DNA from: Tubiluchus corallicola | Taxonomy: Eukaryota > Animalia > Priapulida | Assembly: GCA_030141605.1 (NCBI GenBank) | Contig: JAQGDQ010000102.1 | Location: forward strand, 562,440-626,439 | Length of the DNA: 64,000 nucleotides | Direction of reading: 5' to 3' | Part shown: positions 1-13,211 of the stretch, piece after piece | How the letters are laid out: every line of letters begins with the position of its first letter | Numbering within the stretch: the stretch's first letter is position 1 | Made by a program: the position numbers and the translations under genes | The notes under the pieces: model-generated | What the model was told of the DNA's origin: nothing | Seen by the model: only the letters and a program-made list of their open reading frames with translations | Databases searched by the model: none

Positions 1-1
1 C

Positions 2-283
2 ACCAACCGGTTGGCAGTTTCGTCAACGAAAGGAGCAACAGGTCACTTGCTAGGAGCAGCTGGAAGTGTGGAAGCCATTTTCACCATATTAGCTTGCAAC
101 ATGGGACACATTCCTCCCACTATCAACATGATATGGTGCGAAGAGGAGATAAAGGATTGCGGTATGAATTTGGTGCCACTGGCACCTCAGGACTGGTCCA
201 AGGAAGAGAAACGTCGCATAGCTTTGACCAACTCTTTCGGTTTTGGTGGAACGAACAGTAGCTTGTGCATTGCTGACTTATGA
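2..283 (+). CDS. OXSM: C-terminal part of mitochondrial 3-oxoacyl-ACP synthase (KAS II/FabF type); 5' part lies outside the window
   Basis: Translation has [19 protein letters not shown] (catalytic Lys/His region), IPPTIN and [12 protein letters not shown], then TGA. AATAAA at 459-464. Confidence 0.92.
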   Translation, partial: TNRLAVSSTKGATGHLLGAAGSVEAIFTILACNMGHIPPTINMIWCEEEIKDCGMNLVPLAPQDWSKEEKRRIALTNSFGFGGTNSSLCIADL

Positions 284-1252
284 TAATTGTTAGTCATAGT
301 CTTTGTTTGATGCAAATGATCATTGCAATACATAAAGCGAATAGCTGGGTCTTCAACAGTATTTAAATTTCTAATCTTGACAATGCTTCCTGATGTGATG
401 TATTGGCTGCATTGCCAAAATTCCCACAATGCACCGCGCTTGTTGTCATTGTGCAACAAATAAAACTGTTTTGAAATTGGCATTTGTAAAATCGTTGTCT
501 TCAACTGACGATACGTGTTTGAATTGCTTTAGCTGTTCGTCGTTAGGTTAAACAGTTTTCCTAGATCATTTACTGAACTCTCTGAATTATTTTTTCATGT
601 GTATACGTATTAAATCACTGGCTAAAGTTTACATTTCTCCTCAAACAAGAAATTAGTTCGTGAAGCAGATTAGCCTTAGGGTTGGTTTAGGGTTACGATT
701 AGGGTTAAGGTCAAGGGTAGGGTTAGTGTTAGTGCGTTTAAATTGTGTTATGAACTGTAAACTCCTTCCAAATCATTTTTCTGTAATGCTTATTCTGATA
801 TTTGTATACTAGATAATTCTTACTTATGCACAGTTTAGTGTAATCGCTGTTAATTAAGTAGATTTTTTGTTTTCTGTATAATTATTTCACTTTAGGTTAT
901 GCATGTTTATACCTCAATCATCAGCAAAATCCTATAGATTGTATAAATAGTTGACGTCTTGTATGGTAAACTGTTCGCTGATCATCATTTATCGTTCATC
1001 ACAACTTGTCACCATTGATCAAACTATATGTACATTTTATATTTTCTATTTATGTTAATGGTCTGGGTGGCCTGTACGTTTTGTGGTATTTTTGCCGTGT
1101 ACGGGACTTCCAGCCAACATCAGTATGCAAACTACAAATGCAATTTTATTGTTTCCAAATTGTCATGTGGGTTGAATAAGAAATAAAAGTTAAAAAGAGT
1201 TAAGTTTAAAGTTTTCGTCTTTCACACGTACCTGACTCATCTCTATCCTAGA

Positions 1253-1283
1253 ATGTTTAAACGTGATTGTTGGGGATTGTTTG
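1253..1283 (+). CDS. NFS1: Candidate first coding exon of NFS1 (MFKRDCWGLF-G)
   Basis: ATG at 1253 just after a pyrimidine-rich cctag acceptor; strong G|gtaagt donor at 1284 in phase 1, matching the phase-1 start of exon 2936. No homology support. Confidence 0.35.
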
Positions 1284-2506
1284 GTAAGTCGATTAAGAAA
1301 AATGAATGTCAATGCAATTTGAAAACTTTATGTATCTGTAGATAATCTGTACATCTGAACAGAATTTTTTAAATGCTTTTGTTGAAATCTGATAAAAGAT
1401 CATGAAAACAGCATTGAAATTTTTAAAATTTTGGCTTGAAACTTAAGATTAATTTTAAAATAAAAAATGAAGCTGCACATTTTAGTTCTATGACGAAATT
1501 ATAAACATGGTTAAGTGTATAGAAAAACATTTAAATTAACTGGTCAGTTTTCTTGAAATAACAAGCTGATGCAGACCACTCTGACATTATATGTAATAGT
1601 ACAGCGTGGTACATAACATTTTGCTAATGAGATCTAGAACAAGTTATAGAACAGAACAATTTTTTTACATCAAATTACTGTTGAAACAATTTTGAAGCTG
1701 TGCAAGATACCCGAGGTTTAACAACTAAATTTTGGGGCCATGTTAGATTTTCTATTGTTTCAGCAGTACTTTGATGTATTAAATTGTTCTGTACTCGTTG
1801 CATCTGCACGCCTTAGCAAAAGGTTATGCACTGCCGTGTGTGTCTGAAATGCATGAACAGGCATTTTGCTTAAACAGAATAAGTGCATTAGCAAGTTATC
1901 CTTTTCTAAATTTGATACTAAAGTTAAAGGATTGAGTCCGCAACTTTGTCTTGTGGATTTATGGAACTGCATAGCTGGAGGAGTCGTGGAATCATTCCGT
2001 TTTTTCAATCGTTATTTTCCACATCCAGCTTCAAAGCTGAAATGCTAAGTTTCGGATAGCTCATTTTAGTTTTTCTGGACCCATTCCAAGAATTGGTCCG
2101 AAACAATCAGTTTTGTCTTGCATCACCATCAACGTCATTGCGGACATGATAAAAAATCAGACCACAGCTGTGGATTCTGCTGCATCTACGATTTTCTTAG
2201 GGACATATTGAGAAGACGTTCATCTACATGTGGTCACCTTCATGCCAAAAGGAGTCTCACCATCTCGCTACACTAAATCAACAACTCTGCTTTAGAAATT
2301 ATTGATTTTTAGTGGCACGTTCCTCACAAGTCCAAAAACTTTTGAACTAAATATATAGGTCCACTAAAACTAACTGGAAAACTAAATACATGCAACAATA
2401 TTTATTGTATGTATCATATGAATGCCACAACTGCACAGTAAATCCAAACATATTTGTCTTTGCTTTTGTTCATTCTCTGTTGACTGTGGTCATCCATGGT
2501 GACATA

Positions 2507-2770
2507 CAGCGAGACCTCTTTATACTACCACTCTGGTACTACAGAAAAAGTTGGCACTAAGCGAGTTTGTGCATTAATACACACGTCTGGGCAAATATGG
2601 ACATTTTGTTTTGCCAAAAATCTGCACATTAAGCAAGGTTGCCATTATAATATGGTGCAATAATACACACGTCTGGGCAAATATAGGCATTCTGTTTTGC
2701 CAAAAATCTGGGCGTTAAGCAAGGTTGGCATTAACAAAGGGCGGGGAGCGGTTATAACGAGGTTTGACTG
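2507..2770. mobile_element. Tc1/mariner(pogo)-like MITE with an internal ~85-bp duplication
   Basis: Imperfect TIRs cagcgagacctc...gaggtttgactg, flanked by TA. Block taatacacacgtctgggcaaatat...ttaagcaaggttg occurs at 2576 and 2661. Confidence 0.55.
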
Positions 2771-2935
2771 TATTCATATCTTAAGCACCAATGCGGTGAT
2801 TGTATTCGCTTATATGCAGTTTCTCTGCAAAAGATGTGCAAATGCTGTGCGACTGCTTCACGACAACGCCTGTGTAAAAAGTCTGCAAATATTTTTGAAA
2901 TAGTTTTAGAATACTCACATTTTTACATATTCCAG

Positions 2936-3024
2936 GTGAGAGCGTTCCGGAAACCAAGAAAGCATTGCTGGGAAAGGATGACCTGCGGCCATTATATTTC
3001 GATGCTCAGGCCACAACTCCATTG
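2936..3024 (+). CDS. NFS1: NFS1 exon (…LRPLYFDAQATTPL)
   Basis: tccag acceptor, gtaatt donor; class V PLP aminotransferase N-terminal motif YxDxxATTP. Confidence 0.93.
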
Positions 3025-4079
3025 GTAATTTTCTGTCCAGCTTATCTCTTCTGTAATTGAAAGAAGATTTACTTACTCCAGCTTAAAATATTCTTTACTT
3101 TACCCTTGTATTTATGGCTTTTTACTAGTCAAACACAGCAAAGAAATCTGCTTGCTGCAACTTTTGTCATATAAAATTTGCACACGCATTTGAGGCAAGT
3201 CAAGCAACTTCTGTACATGCAGACACAATCTACTATAGTCATTTAGACCTACTAGATGACTGATAGGCAAATTGATTCCTTTTCTGGGTTCATCGAGTGC
3301 ACACAAGCAAAAATCTCTATCCTACAACTTACTGCAGAGATTTTGCCTCATGTGCAACAGATGCATGTTTTGTGTGCTTCAAATACCAACAACATTGCTT
3401 TACAATGTACGAGAACTTGTGTCTTCTTTTAATAAACAATAAAAATAAATCGGGGGACCTACCACAACCGAGAATAAGACATTCGAAATATAGGGAGAAA
3501 CAGTCTTGCACTTTTCAGTCTTGTTTTGTTAAAACTGGAATTTTAGCTGAAATTTCCAGTCAAGTAGAAAGGAATGATCTCGTTAAGATCCTCTATGAAG
3601 AAGTTTTCCATAATATTTCATTTCACAAATAAAAATGGATGGACTAAGTTGAAGATATTGCAACATTGATAGGATGGTGTTGATACACACGTCATAGCAC
3701 ACTTGTTCCATTGAATGTCATGGTGGCTGTCATTACAGAACAGGTGATGAGGTGGAATACACATCTACCTGTCGGCCCACTGAAGCGATGAGTTCCATAG
3801 CGACGGTTTATAACTGGTATTCAACGCCACTAGGCAATCGTTTCACACCAATGGGTCTATCACAACAATAGAGGAGGTCAAAAATAAATCGCATTTTGCC
3901 CTTGTAACAATATTAAAAACCGTAATCACGATATTTCACTTCTTCTTGCGGGAATTGTCTCATTTTTATTATTATTTTTATTTGTGTTAATTTAAGAGGC
4001 ATCATTGTGTACATTAAATAATTATTGTTTGTTTCAGTCAGGCTTTCCTAGTTTATGTTTTGTTGTCTCTTGTTGGCAG

Positions 4080-4196
4080 GATTTCAGAGTGTTGGATGCC
4101 ATGCTACCGTACCTCACTCAGCAGTTTGGAAATCCGCATTCTCGGACGCACGCTTACGGTTGGGAGAGCGAGGCAGCTATGGAAGCAGCAAGAAAA
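4080..4196 (+). CDS. NFS1: NFS1 exon ([39 protein letters not shown])
   Basis: ggcag/gtaaga boundaries, 117 nt, [13 protein letters not shown] signature. Confidence 0.97.
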
Positions 4197-5329
4197 GTAA
4201 GACATAATGAACAGCTTAGTGACTTTGAGATATTAGATGGCGCTAGTATGGCGTACTGGCCTAGTGCGTGAGTTCTAGGGAATGCTTGGTTGATGAGTGT
4301 GGCCATATGCAGCTCATTGATGAAACGCTGATCAGCTGTGACTAATCACTGAGAGGAATTCTGGGTATTACGTAAACACAGAAGTTCCTAACCACTTCAT
4401 ACAGAAACATTTTTAAAAAAGTTGTATTATGTGCGTACATGTGCTGTAAGAGCTTTTAGCCTCGTTGTTTCGGTAGCCACACTTTGTTATGAAAATTTTC
4501 GAATTGAGCATGTGTCAACAGTTTGCGAAAGTTTAAGTGTTATGTTACTAATCATTTTTCCCAAAACATTAGCAAAATACTAAGATAAGACATCGCAAGT
4601 GTTCAAATTAAACGTATACATTCAAAAAGTTGCTTCAGCAGTTTTAAGTGTGGAAAATCAAAAGGAAGCTGAGCCCTCAGAGGCAATTTGAAACCCGAAT
4701 CCAAAGCTTAGTGGCAACAAAGATACGTTGAAAGTGAAGCGCCAAGAAAGTTTTGACACAGGGCAGCGAGAAAAGAAGTTACAAATTAATAAGAAAAATT
4801 TACAATTAAATTTACAAAACGAGAGGTAATTATCAGTTTCTGCAAAAGTTTCCAGTGAGTTATTGCTTAGAATAAATTTCAGTATTTTTATGTTTAGATA
4901 ATAAACTTTTACTATTGTTCACAAAACATTTCAATAAAAATGAGCAATAAACCAAGGAAAAACTGTCTTAACGGTGCTCCCGCATGACTCCAAATTGCCT
5001 TCACATGCAATGTAATGCATTAGCGGCCGGGGCACCGTCCGAATCCCTTGCCGTGATCCCCCATATCCTCTAGCTGGGTCGCCGAGTTCTGTACTGTACT
5101 GTATGCCTTGTAAAAAACGTTACAGCTCGAGCACTGGACATCACTGGCGTTGATTATATGGGTTGCTGGCTGAAACATGTTGTGAATTGCCTTAAAATTT
5201 ACATGCATCATAACTATCCATGTAAAATCACATGAAAGTATTGCAGTCATTCAAACAATTCACGTTTTATAAAGACGTGGGTCATGACGGGCGTGTTGCC
5301 TGTGTTTGCAAAAGAGAAAATCGAATTAC

Positions 5330-5630
5330 AGTGCTACTTTCAGATTTTTAGTGTGTTGTAGTAAAACTAGGTAAGTTTTAAGATAAGAATTCTAATTTCA
5401 AACGTACCGCTGTGCTCACTCATGAGGTGTCGAACGTGTGTAGTTCGTCACAAATCGGCACCAGCACATCTAAACCCGTCTAAATGGCGACATGCATGTG
5501 ACAGTGAAGCACTAGTAGTGCGAACATGAAATTTTGTTTGTGTCGTAATCATTCTTTCACGTAAGTCATTTTTGAAAAAATAGTGTGTTCCCACCTTTCA
5601 ATATTTTAAAGAGCAGATTGTTTTAACCTA
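5330..5630 (-). mobile_element. Fragment of a dispersed repeat family; related copies at ~33690-34165, ~53390-53985 and ~60382-60780
   Basis: gtaatcattctttcacgtaagtcat here is the near reverse complement of atgacttacgtgaaagaacgattac at ~53441. The other copies end in gttttcctttaa / ttaaagga, i.e. TTAA-AGG Kolobok/T2-like termini. Confidence 0.6.
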
Positions 5631-5959
5631 CAGTTTATGATTAGGTCCAGTTTTGCTTTAATACAAGCTTTTATCGAAAAGATTTACATTGACGCTTACT
5701 ATACTATACTATACTTACTATAGACAATTTTGATGGAATGAAATCCAGTATCAAGAAAAAGCCTTTGAATTCCTTTACAAAATGTCTAGTTGGATTCAGC
5801 GTTTTTGGTCAAATCATCCAAAAGCAGTTTTTCATTAGTCACCCGTACATTTACCTACCATATGTAGTGTTGCTTAACTTTTTCAGCTAAGTTTGCATCG
5901 CGTTCACTCAGCTTTTCGTGTCGCAGCAATTGTTATTGTTCGTTTGTTTGCTTATTTAG

Positions 5960-6058
5960 GAACACAAGTGCGTGTTAGACTCATGTAGGGTGCTGGAGCT
6001 GGACGGCTTTAACATTACCTATTTACCGGTTCAAAAGAATGGATTGATTGATTTGAAG
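5960..6058 (+). CDS. NFS1: NFS1 exon ([33 protein letters not shown])
   Basis: tttag/gtactg boundaries; [10 protein letters not shown] motif (PLP-stacking His). Confidence 0.96.
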
Positions 6059-6520
6059 GTACTGGTTGCATCATTTTAATTGCTTAGCACCTGTATTCCT
6101 AACCTTTTTTAAGTCATGGTTCTGTTTGAGAGTCTGGCAAAAGCAGTGGATTCGACCATGCCCACCCCCATCACTCCCCGCCCCGGAAAATGCTGGAAAC
6201 GAAGAGATAAACTTTGAATATACTTTTGTTGCATTGAAAATTGATTGTCTCATACAGAAAGATATTTTTTTTAAATAATCTTTACAAAGGACTGTGTTTC
6301 TGTTTTCCTTCATGCAAAGATTGAAGATATCTTTGCCAAAAAGAAGGAAAAATACATCCAACTTTCATAAATTAAAATTCTTATCTAACTTTCGCGGATC
6401 CCTGAAACCCATATATGGACTCCCAAGGGATCAGTTTTTTTAGTAAATGCAGTATTGGCAAATATGTTGTTATTGGCTTCACAAGGTGTAGAAATCTATG
6501 AATTATCCTTCTTTACCTAG

Positions 6521-6614
6521 GAGCTGGAAGCAGCTTTTAAACCGGATACTTCCCTGGTCAGTATTATGACAGTAAACAACGAGATAGGAGTTCAGCAGCC
6601 CATAGAAGAGATTG
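6521..6614 (+). CDS. NFS1: NFS1 exon ([31 protein letters not shown])
   Basis: cctag/gtaaga boundaries, 94 nt, VNNEIG motif. Confidence 0.97.
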
Positions 6615-7735
6615 GTAAGATAAATACAGTTGATGGTAATAAAAATATTCGCTACATTTGAAAACCGCAATGTCTTTGTGGTGGGAGGGAGATAAATCAC
6701 TGTTGACATCTGTCAGTACACTTTGTAGTTTTCTATATCTGTCTATGTACTTCCTACCACTGTATGTTTGTATGTAACTGGGTTACTTGGCTTCTCCGTG
6801 AAGGTGGTAGTTTTTGGTAGCAGGATTAGAAGGAAGCAATGGGCTTAAACAGTTGTGTGGTCAAAAACAACATTTTGACTCAGATGCCATGATATTTTGG
6901 CTGATGGATTTACTTTAAGTTTTTTTTACTACTGTTGATTACGTTTACTATTTTTGCATGTATGTGGATTGACTATGAGACTGTGATTTTGAGTAAAATA
7001 CAGATTGCGAAGTTAAAACCACGTTTTCATCCATTGATTTTATGTGTTTAACACGAATATCGCAACTTCAAAAACCAGTCTAATAAACCTGCCAATGTCG
7101 GTGGTTGGATGTCTGCAAATCGCCCCAGTGACAACTCTAGCGTCAGGACAATGAAACTAAGGCATGTGACACAATCGTATTAGAGAGTATACATATTTCA
7201 CCAAATATTGTTACCTTGCCGATGGTAGTCGATGCCTGGCTATGATGTTTAGTTGCGTCTATGTAATTATTCGTTCACGGAATGAAATCTAATTGGATGA
7301 ACCTATAATCACCAAACTTGGCAAAAGTAACAGATATAGCCAAGAGCTAAAAATCCATTGCTTCCTTGTTCAAAAAGTCAAATTTCAAGGTTAAAATTTC
7401 GTAATAAGTTTGGCTTGTAGTGACTTGGTGTGAGGGCATGGTTTTGCGCTTCGACTGAGTGTCCTGCAGTTTCACGTTTTTGAGCAAATTGTAATTTTGG
7501 TACATTTCTTAGTGATACTTCTAAGCAAATTCCTTACAGCTTATCTTTATTTATTACTTGCATTTTCATGTTCAGTCATTCGCATTTTCTACGATATGGC
7601 ATTCGTTTTTACAGTTTTTACAGTTTTTTTAATCAGCAAATATGTGGTTTGAAATTAAATTTAATTTCAGCATTACTTTGCTGTCAGTTGGAAACAGTGT
7701 TTAGTATTAAAATGTAAAGCAAATTAATAAGTTAA

Positions 7736-7888
<153 letters not shown>

Positions 7889-7890
7889 TA

Positions 7891-8198
7891 AGTTACTGTT
7901 AGTGCCAGTTTTAAACCTGCTAGAGACAGATTTGTTCAAATTGGGCTTCGTGCACACACTTAGGCGAAGGACACTATGATGAATTAATGAGTGTCTAGTG
8001 TGCATGAAGTTTCTTGATCCTTTGTACGAAGATAGATTGAAACTGTTACTGCCAGTGCTGGTTTTAAGCCTGTTAGAGACAGATTTGTTCAAATTGAGTT
8101 CGTGCACACACTTAGGCGAAGGACACTATGATGAATTAATGAGTGTTTAGTGTGCACGAAGTTTCTTGATCCTTTGAAGGAAGATAAATTGAAACTAT
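7891..8198. repeat. Intronic tandem duplication, 2 x ~154 bp
   Basis: tagagacagatttgttcaaatt…cgtgcacacacttaggcgaaggacactatgatgaattaatgagtg occurs twice with few differences. Confidence 0.9.
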
Positions 8199-8462
8199 TC
8201 AGTCTGCGTTATGTTTCCATATATCTATGTTTCAGTGTTTTTGGTGATTATTTGTATATTTGTTTGGTAATTTTAGTTTATGGTCGCCATGTTTGTTTTT
8301 TTTAAAAGATAATTGGTGAGCCTAATATACATTAGTCAGCTTGTCATTGGATTTTAATGTCACTAATTTGTGGACGATACTCAGACTCTCAACACAGAAA
8401 GAGCACTCTTTTGAGCTTATATAAACAACATGAAACTGGAAAGATAAAGTTGTGTTGTTTGT

Positions 8463-8515
8463 CGAAACATTAAACATGTATTACACGAAACATTAAACAT
8501 GTATTACACGAAACA
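8463..8515. repeat. 23-bp tandem duplication
   Basis: cgaaacattaaacatgtattaca x2, plus a partial third copy. Confidence 0.85.
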
Positions 8516-8928
8516 TCATTAATCTTCAGGTTTGTAGGGTAGAGGGCCTTATTAACGATTTTCTAATTGGGCAGGACATTTTCTAGCGCCATCCCTGATT
8601 ATAGCTAATCTGTTGTGGTAAAAATATTTTTCGTTTTTCGTGAATGTGCCTTGTGGTAAATTTTGTGTTGGGCATTTGATATGGGTAGTGTAATGAAAAG
8701 TATTGTTATGGTTATGGTGGCGTTCGGGATGTGCAAACCTAGGTGAAGTACTTGAAGCATGCTAATTGAATTCAATTGATTCTTGGAAATTTCTTCTAAA
8801 TTATTTCGTAATTTAATCGAAAAAAACTGGCACCAGAGGGAGTGCATCAGTGCTCTCACAACCGAGGGTGCTGTGAGCAATTAAAAATTTTGCTTCTGTT
8901 AGCAACAATCTTCTATTTTGTCATCTAG

Positions 8929-9086
8929 GTGTTGGTGCACTATACGTCAGACGACGTCCTCGCGTGCGGGTTGAACCTATTCAAAGCGGGGGTGGTCAGG
9001 AAAGAGGGATGAGAAGTGGAACGGTGCCGACTCCACTCGTTGTAGGTTTGGGAGCAGCTTGTAGAATAGCTCAAGAAGATATGGCC
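8929..9086 (+). CDS. NFS1: NFS1 exon ([45 protein letters not shown]…)
   Basis: tctag/gtaagt boundaries, 158 nt, [12 protein letters not shown] motif. Confidence 0.98.
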
Positions 9087-9479
9087 GTAAGTTGGCTTAA
9101 TACCGGTATAAAAAGTCAATTATTGATTTTTGTTGTCATTCTTTTACTTTTTTGTGTGGTTATTGTTGATGATTACTTTTTTATAATTCAGCGGCAGCAT
9201 TCAGCTGCAGAGTCTACTTCATATTGATGTTTGCGGCAGGAACGGTAACTATCTCGTTATTAAGGATAAAATTCTAAGGTGAGCCACTGAACCAGCAGGC
9301 GTGTTTCAGTTACTTTTGAATGTGTACATTTTTTTTCTACGAGGTAATCATCCTAGGTTTAAGAATGATACTGCTCGGACCGAACATCGAACCCAAGGTC
9401 ACCACACTCACTTAAAGCTTGTACGCCTGTCTTCTGAGAGAATGTTTCAAATGTTGGTTTTCTATTTTTTGTTTTCCAG

Positions 9480-9585
9480 TATGACCACAAGAGAATCGGG
9501 GAGCTGTCTGACCGGTTGGTCAGTAAGCTGATGTCCAATCTACCTCAGGTTGTTCATAACGGAGATCCGGAGAACACGTATCCAG
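9480..9585 (+). CDS. NFS1: NFS1 exon (YDHKRIGELSDRL…NGDPENTYP)
   Basis: tccag/gtacgc boundaries, 106 nt, phases fit both neighbours. Confidence 0.95.
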
Positions 9586-9699
9586 GTACGCGGGATTTTG
9601 TTGAGCGACTGTTAAACTGCATTGACCCTCAAGTTACATTCTTTCTAAGCATAGCATAACATTCTTATAGTGAGCCTGCTAGTGTTCCATAAAAAAGTG

Positions 9700-9701
<2 letters not shown>

Positions 9702-9766
<65 letters not shown>

Positions 9767-10200
9767 GTTTATTGACAAACCAAGTAAAATAGCAAAAACA
9801 TAGCATATATAACAATTTGTTCTTTGACAAACTAGACGCCTCATTACATGAAATATAATTTTAGTGTGACATTAATTACAATCGCGAATATTTACAGAAG
9901 TTGAAAACTAATTAAAAATCATTATTTCCACAGACTCTATATCAAGTTTATACAAATATTTGGGTTTGCTTACAGTAATTTGTGTCATAAAAGAGGTGAT
10001 ATGTTCAACACAGTCATTATATTTAGTTTCGGGACATTTTAAGACCGCATGAGTAAGGGTTTGAACAACATTCAAATCACATAACTGACATATTCTATTT
10101 TCCCATCTGCTCCTGCTCCACCTGCCAATCTTAATTCTTAATCTTAATGGTGGTTTCCCCACTCTGAATCCTGAATTGATAATGAGGTACTCTATAAACA
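9702..10200 (-). mobile_element. 5'-truncated non-LTR retrotransposon 3' end with (TA)n/(AG)n tail
   Basis: Minus-strand peptide LRIKIGRW…ENRICQLC…HAVLKC resembles the C-terminal CCHC region of LINE ORF2. Minus-strand AATAAA at ~9768-9773 abuts the microsatellite. Confidence 0.7.
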
Positions 10201-11669
10201 TGCAGCTAATCGTATTCAGTTCAATCCGTCTTTTATTTCAGCATTAAAATTGCCATCGTTATGTATATATGCGTGTTATATATATTGTATTGCCATCATA
10301 TAAGTAGATGACTACTAGGTGGATAAGCACTTGTTAACAATAAATGTCTTTAAATAAAGTACAATATGTGGCTTTATAGAGGATGTAAGGTTCGTTTAGA
10401 AAATGCTATCAAGTATCAACTACTTAGCAGTATTTTCAGATTCAATGAAATGTATTTTATAAAATAAAAATTATTGAATGTTTATGTTAAATTGCATATC
10501 CACATTCAGCTGTAAATTTGCATGCAAGTCAGTGAGATTTAAAAACAGTCGGTCACTTGTATTCAAACGAAATTTCTGTTGTTCTTTGTATCAGAAGTTT
10601 TTGCAAGGGTTCCTCTCGTGATAAAACATTTCAGCAGTGCACAGTGTATGTAAAACAGCTGAGTATCAAACTACTGAGCGACTCATTGTTTTTATACAAC
10701 TAGTAGATAAAATGACTTCTCTGCGGAACATGTTAGCAACTCCGCATGGTGCACTTGCTCAACAATTTTTTTACAGCACAAAGAATGACGGGTTAAATTC
10801 AACTGCAAATTAATTTCCAAATTGCTGGCAAAGATAAAGTACGTAATAAAAACATATCCTACATAGTAATGCAGGCAATGGGGCCCGACAAAAAGTCTGC
10901 AGTAGGCAGTAATCAAGTAAGCTGTTTTAAGGCTTTTATGCTAGTTAAATGAATGATGAAAGTTTCTTCTTTTTTGGGAGTTTGCGTTAGCGGTATGTAT
11001 GCAGCACAACACGTTCGCTATATTAATGTTACACTGATGTCATTTTTCCACGTTGTTCGTAGTTACAATAGTTTATGCAGAAAATGTTTGTTGAATGTAA
11101 GCTTGGCAAGGTATCTATATGGTTTATAAAATTTTACGAAATCTACTGACGTACACTCGCTGCGTCGGCATCATTTGACAGTGTCTGATTTCATTTTAAT
11201 TTTGGGTTTCGTGGTTGAGAGCAAAGTTAACAGAACCGGTATCTGCAATGGTCAGAAAGCATAATCCAAAAATTATCCATTTTCTTGTCCATTCACTTGA
11301 ATACTTCTCAGCTTCCTAGGATGAAAAATTAATGCAGCAAATGGAGTATTTCTATTTTAGAAAAAATAGAATAAAAGCATTAGCCAGTTACAGAGATGAA
11401 GGTGTTGATTAAAAGTCCAACGTGCAAACTCGCTTATGATTTATGCTGGGCAAGAGAAGGCCAAATAACAGACAGAAATTTCGTATAAAATGAAATTCAG
11501 ACAATGTTGAAATATGCATTAACAGAATAGATTTGTATGCTTGCTAATGTGCATACTTTTTACTAACCATCACTTCTATGACGTGATAGAGTTTTGTAGG
11601 TGTTCCTTTTTCTCATTAATGTTGTTATTATTGTTGTTAAAATGCAAATATGTAATTGGCAGCTCGTGT

Positions 11670-12090
11670 ATAGGTACTGTGGAACTGCAGTACAACCTAT
11701 TTTTTTTACTCGATATTATCGATTTTATTCAATGTAATAAGCCTTTTCTCTTTAGTTCTTTCTTTATACTTGTACGGAATTAGAGCACGTCAGTGTAGTA
11801 CTAGTATTTGCTTCACAGCCCAGCACAGTGGTGTTTGGTAGTTGTGCGCTTGCGGCCATGTGCACATGTCTGAGCCCAGGTAGAGAAAGTACTGTCGCTC
11901 ACACAGTTTGTTGTTAGTTGTCGTGTGCTTACCGTGAATGGATCAAGCTATAACTGTGACAATTTAGGTTATTAGTAAGCAAACAATATTTTTTTGTTTA
12001 AAATTTTTTCAAGTTTATATATAAACTTTCATGTTTTTTTGCTAAAAATTACAATTACAAATTACAACATTAAAATTCTGTATGTTTTAC
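11670..12090 (+). repeat. Dispersed repeat; inverted copy at ~23140-23590
   Basis: cttttctctttagttctttctttatacttgtacggaa, tgcttcacagcccagcacag and tcgctcacacagttt are reverse complements of blocks in 23330-23520. Confidence 0.85.
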
Positions 12091-12248
12091 ACAGTATTAA
12101 AACAATGGCTAAATATTTCTTGAAGCAGCTTCCCCCTATATATATGTATATATTAGTCACTCCATTACCTATGCTTACTCTTCTACTTGCTATTAAAATA
12201 TTTTGCATGAGTATCTGGAAGATATTATCATGAACAATTATGTTGCAG

Positions 12249-12330
12249 GTTGTATTAATTTATCGTTTGCTTATGTGGAGGGAGAAAGTTTACTTATGGC
12301 TCTCAAGGACATTGCCTTGTCGTCCGGAAG
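12249..12330 (+). CDS. NFS1: NFS1 exon ([28 protein letters not shown])
   Basis: tgcag/gtggtg boundaries, 82 nt. Confidence 0.97.
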
Positions 12331-12587
12331 GTGGTGTATACTTTAATAGTGTTATCATGTTTTTTATTTTCTATGGTGTAATTATAAAGTGGAAAAATTA
12401 AACTGTAGATACCAATCATTACTTGATTTCTGGTAATTTATTTGACAGATATGGCAGCATATCATATTAGGCGGTAGTAGTAAAATTCTTCAAGCCGTCA
12501 AGACTGTCAAAACCGCCAAGCCTCGCTCTAATCCTTTCTCTCTTTCCCTGTTTATCTTTCTTTCTTTTTCTCGCTGTCCCTGTCTGT

Positions 12588-13086
<499 letters not shown>

Positions 13087-13211
13087 GGTTTGTTTATATT
13101 CTTCAAAATCCTTTTTATGAGATAAAAGGACAACTGCTTTGCTTGTTGCGCCATCTATTAGAGTAAATAGCATCTTCACAGCCCATTCCTGATGAAATAT
13201 TATCATTTCAG

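Noticed and set aside
676-735. Telomeric TTAGGG-like tract
   Set aside because: Degenerate and short; a similar tract lies inside the MITE at 45761-46198, so it is likely transposon-derived.
1764-1840. Possible NFS1 presequence exon (…VASARLSKRLCTA)
   Set aside because: Looks like a transit peptide, but its phase does not join the 1253 ATG exon and no good phase-1 donor links it to 2936.
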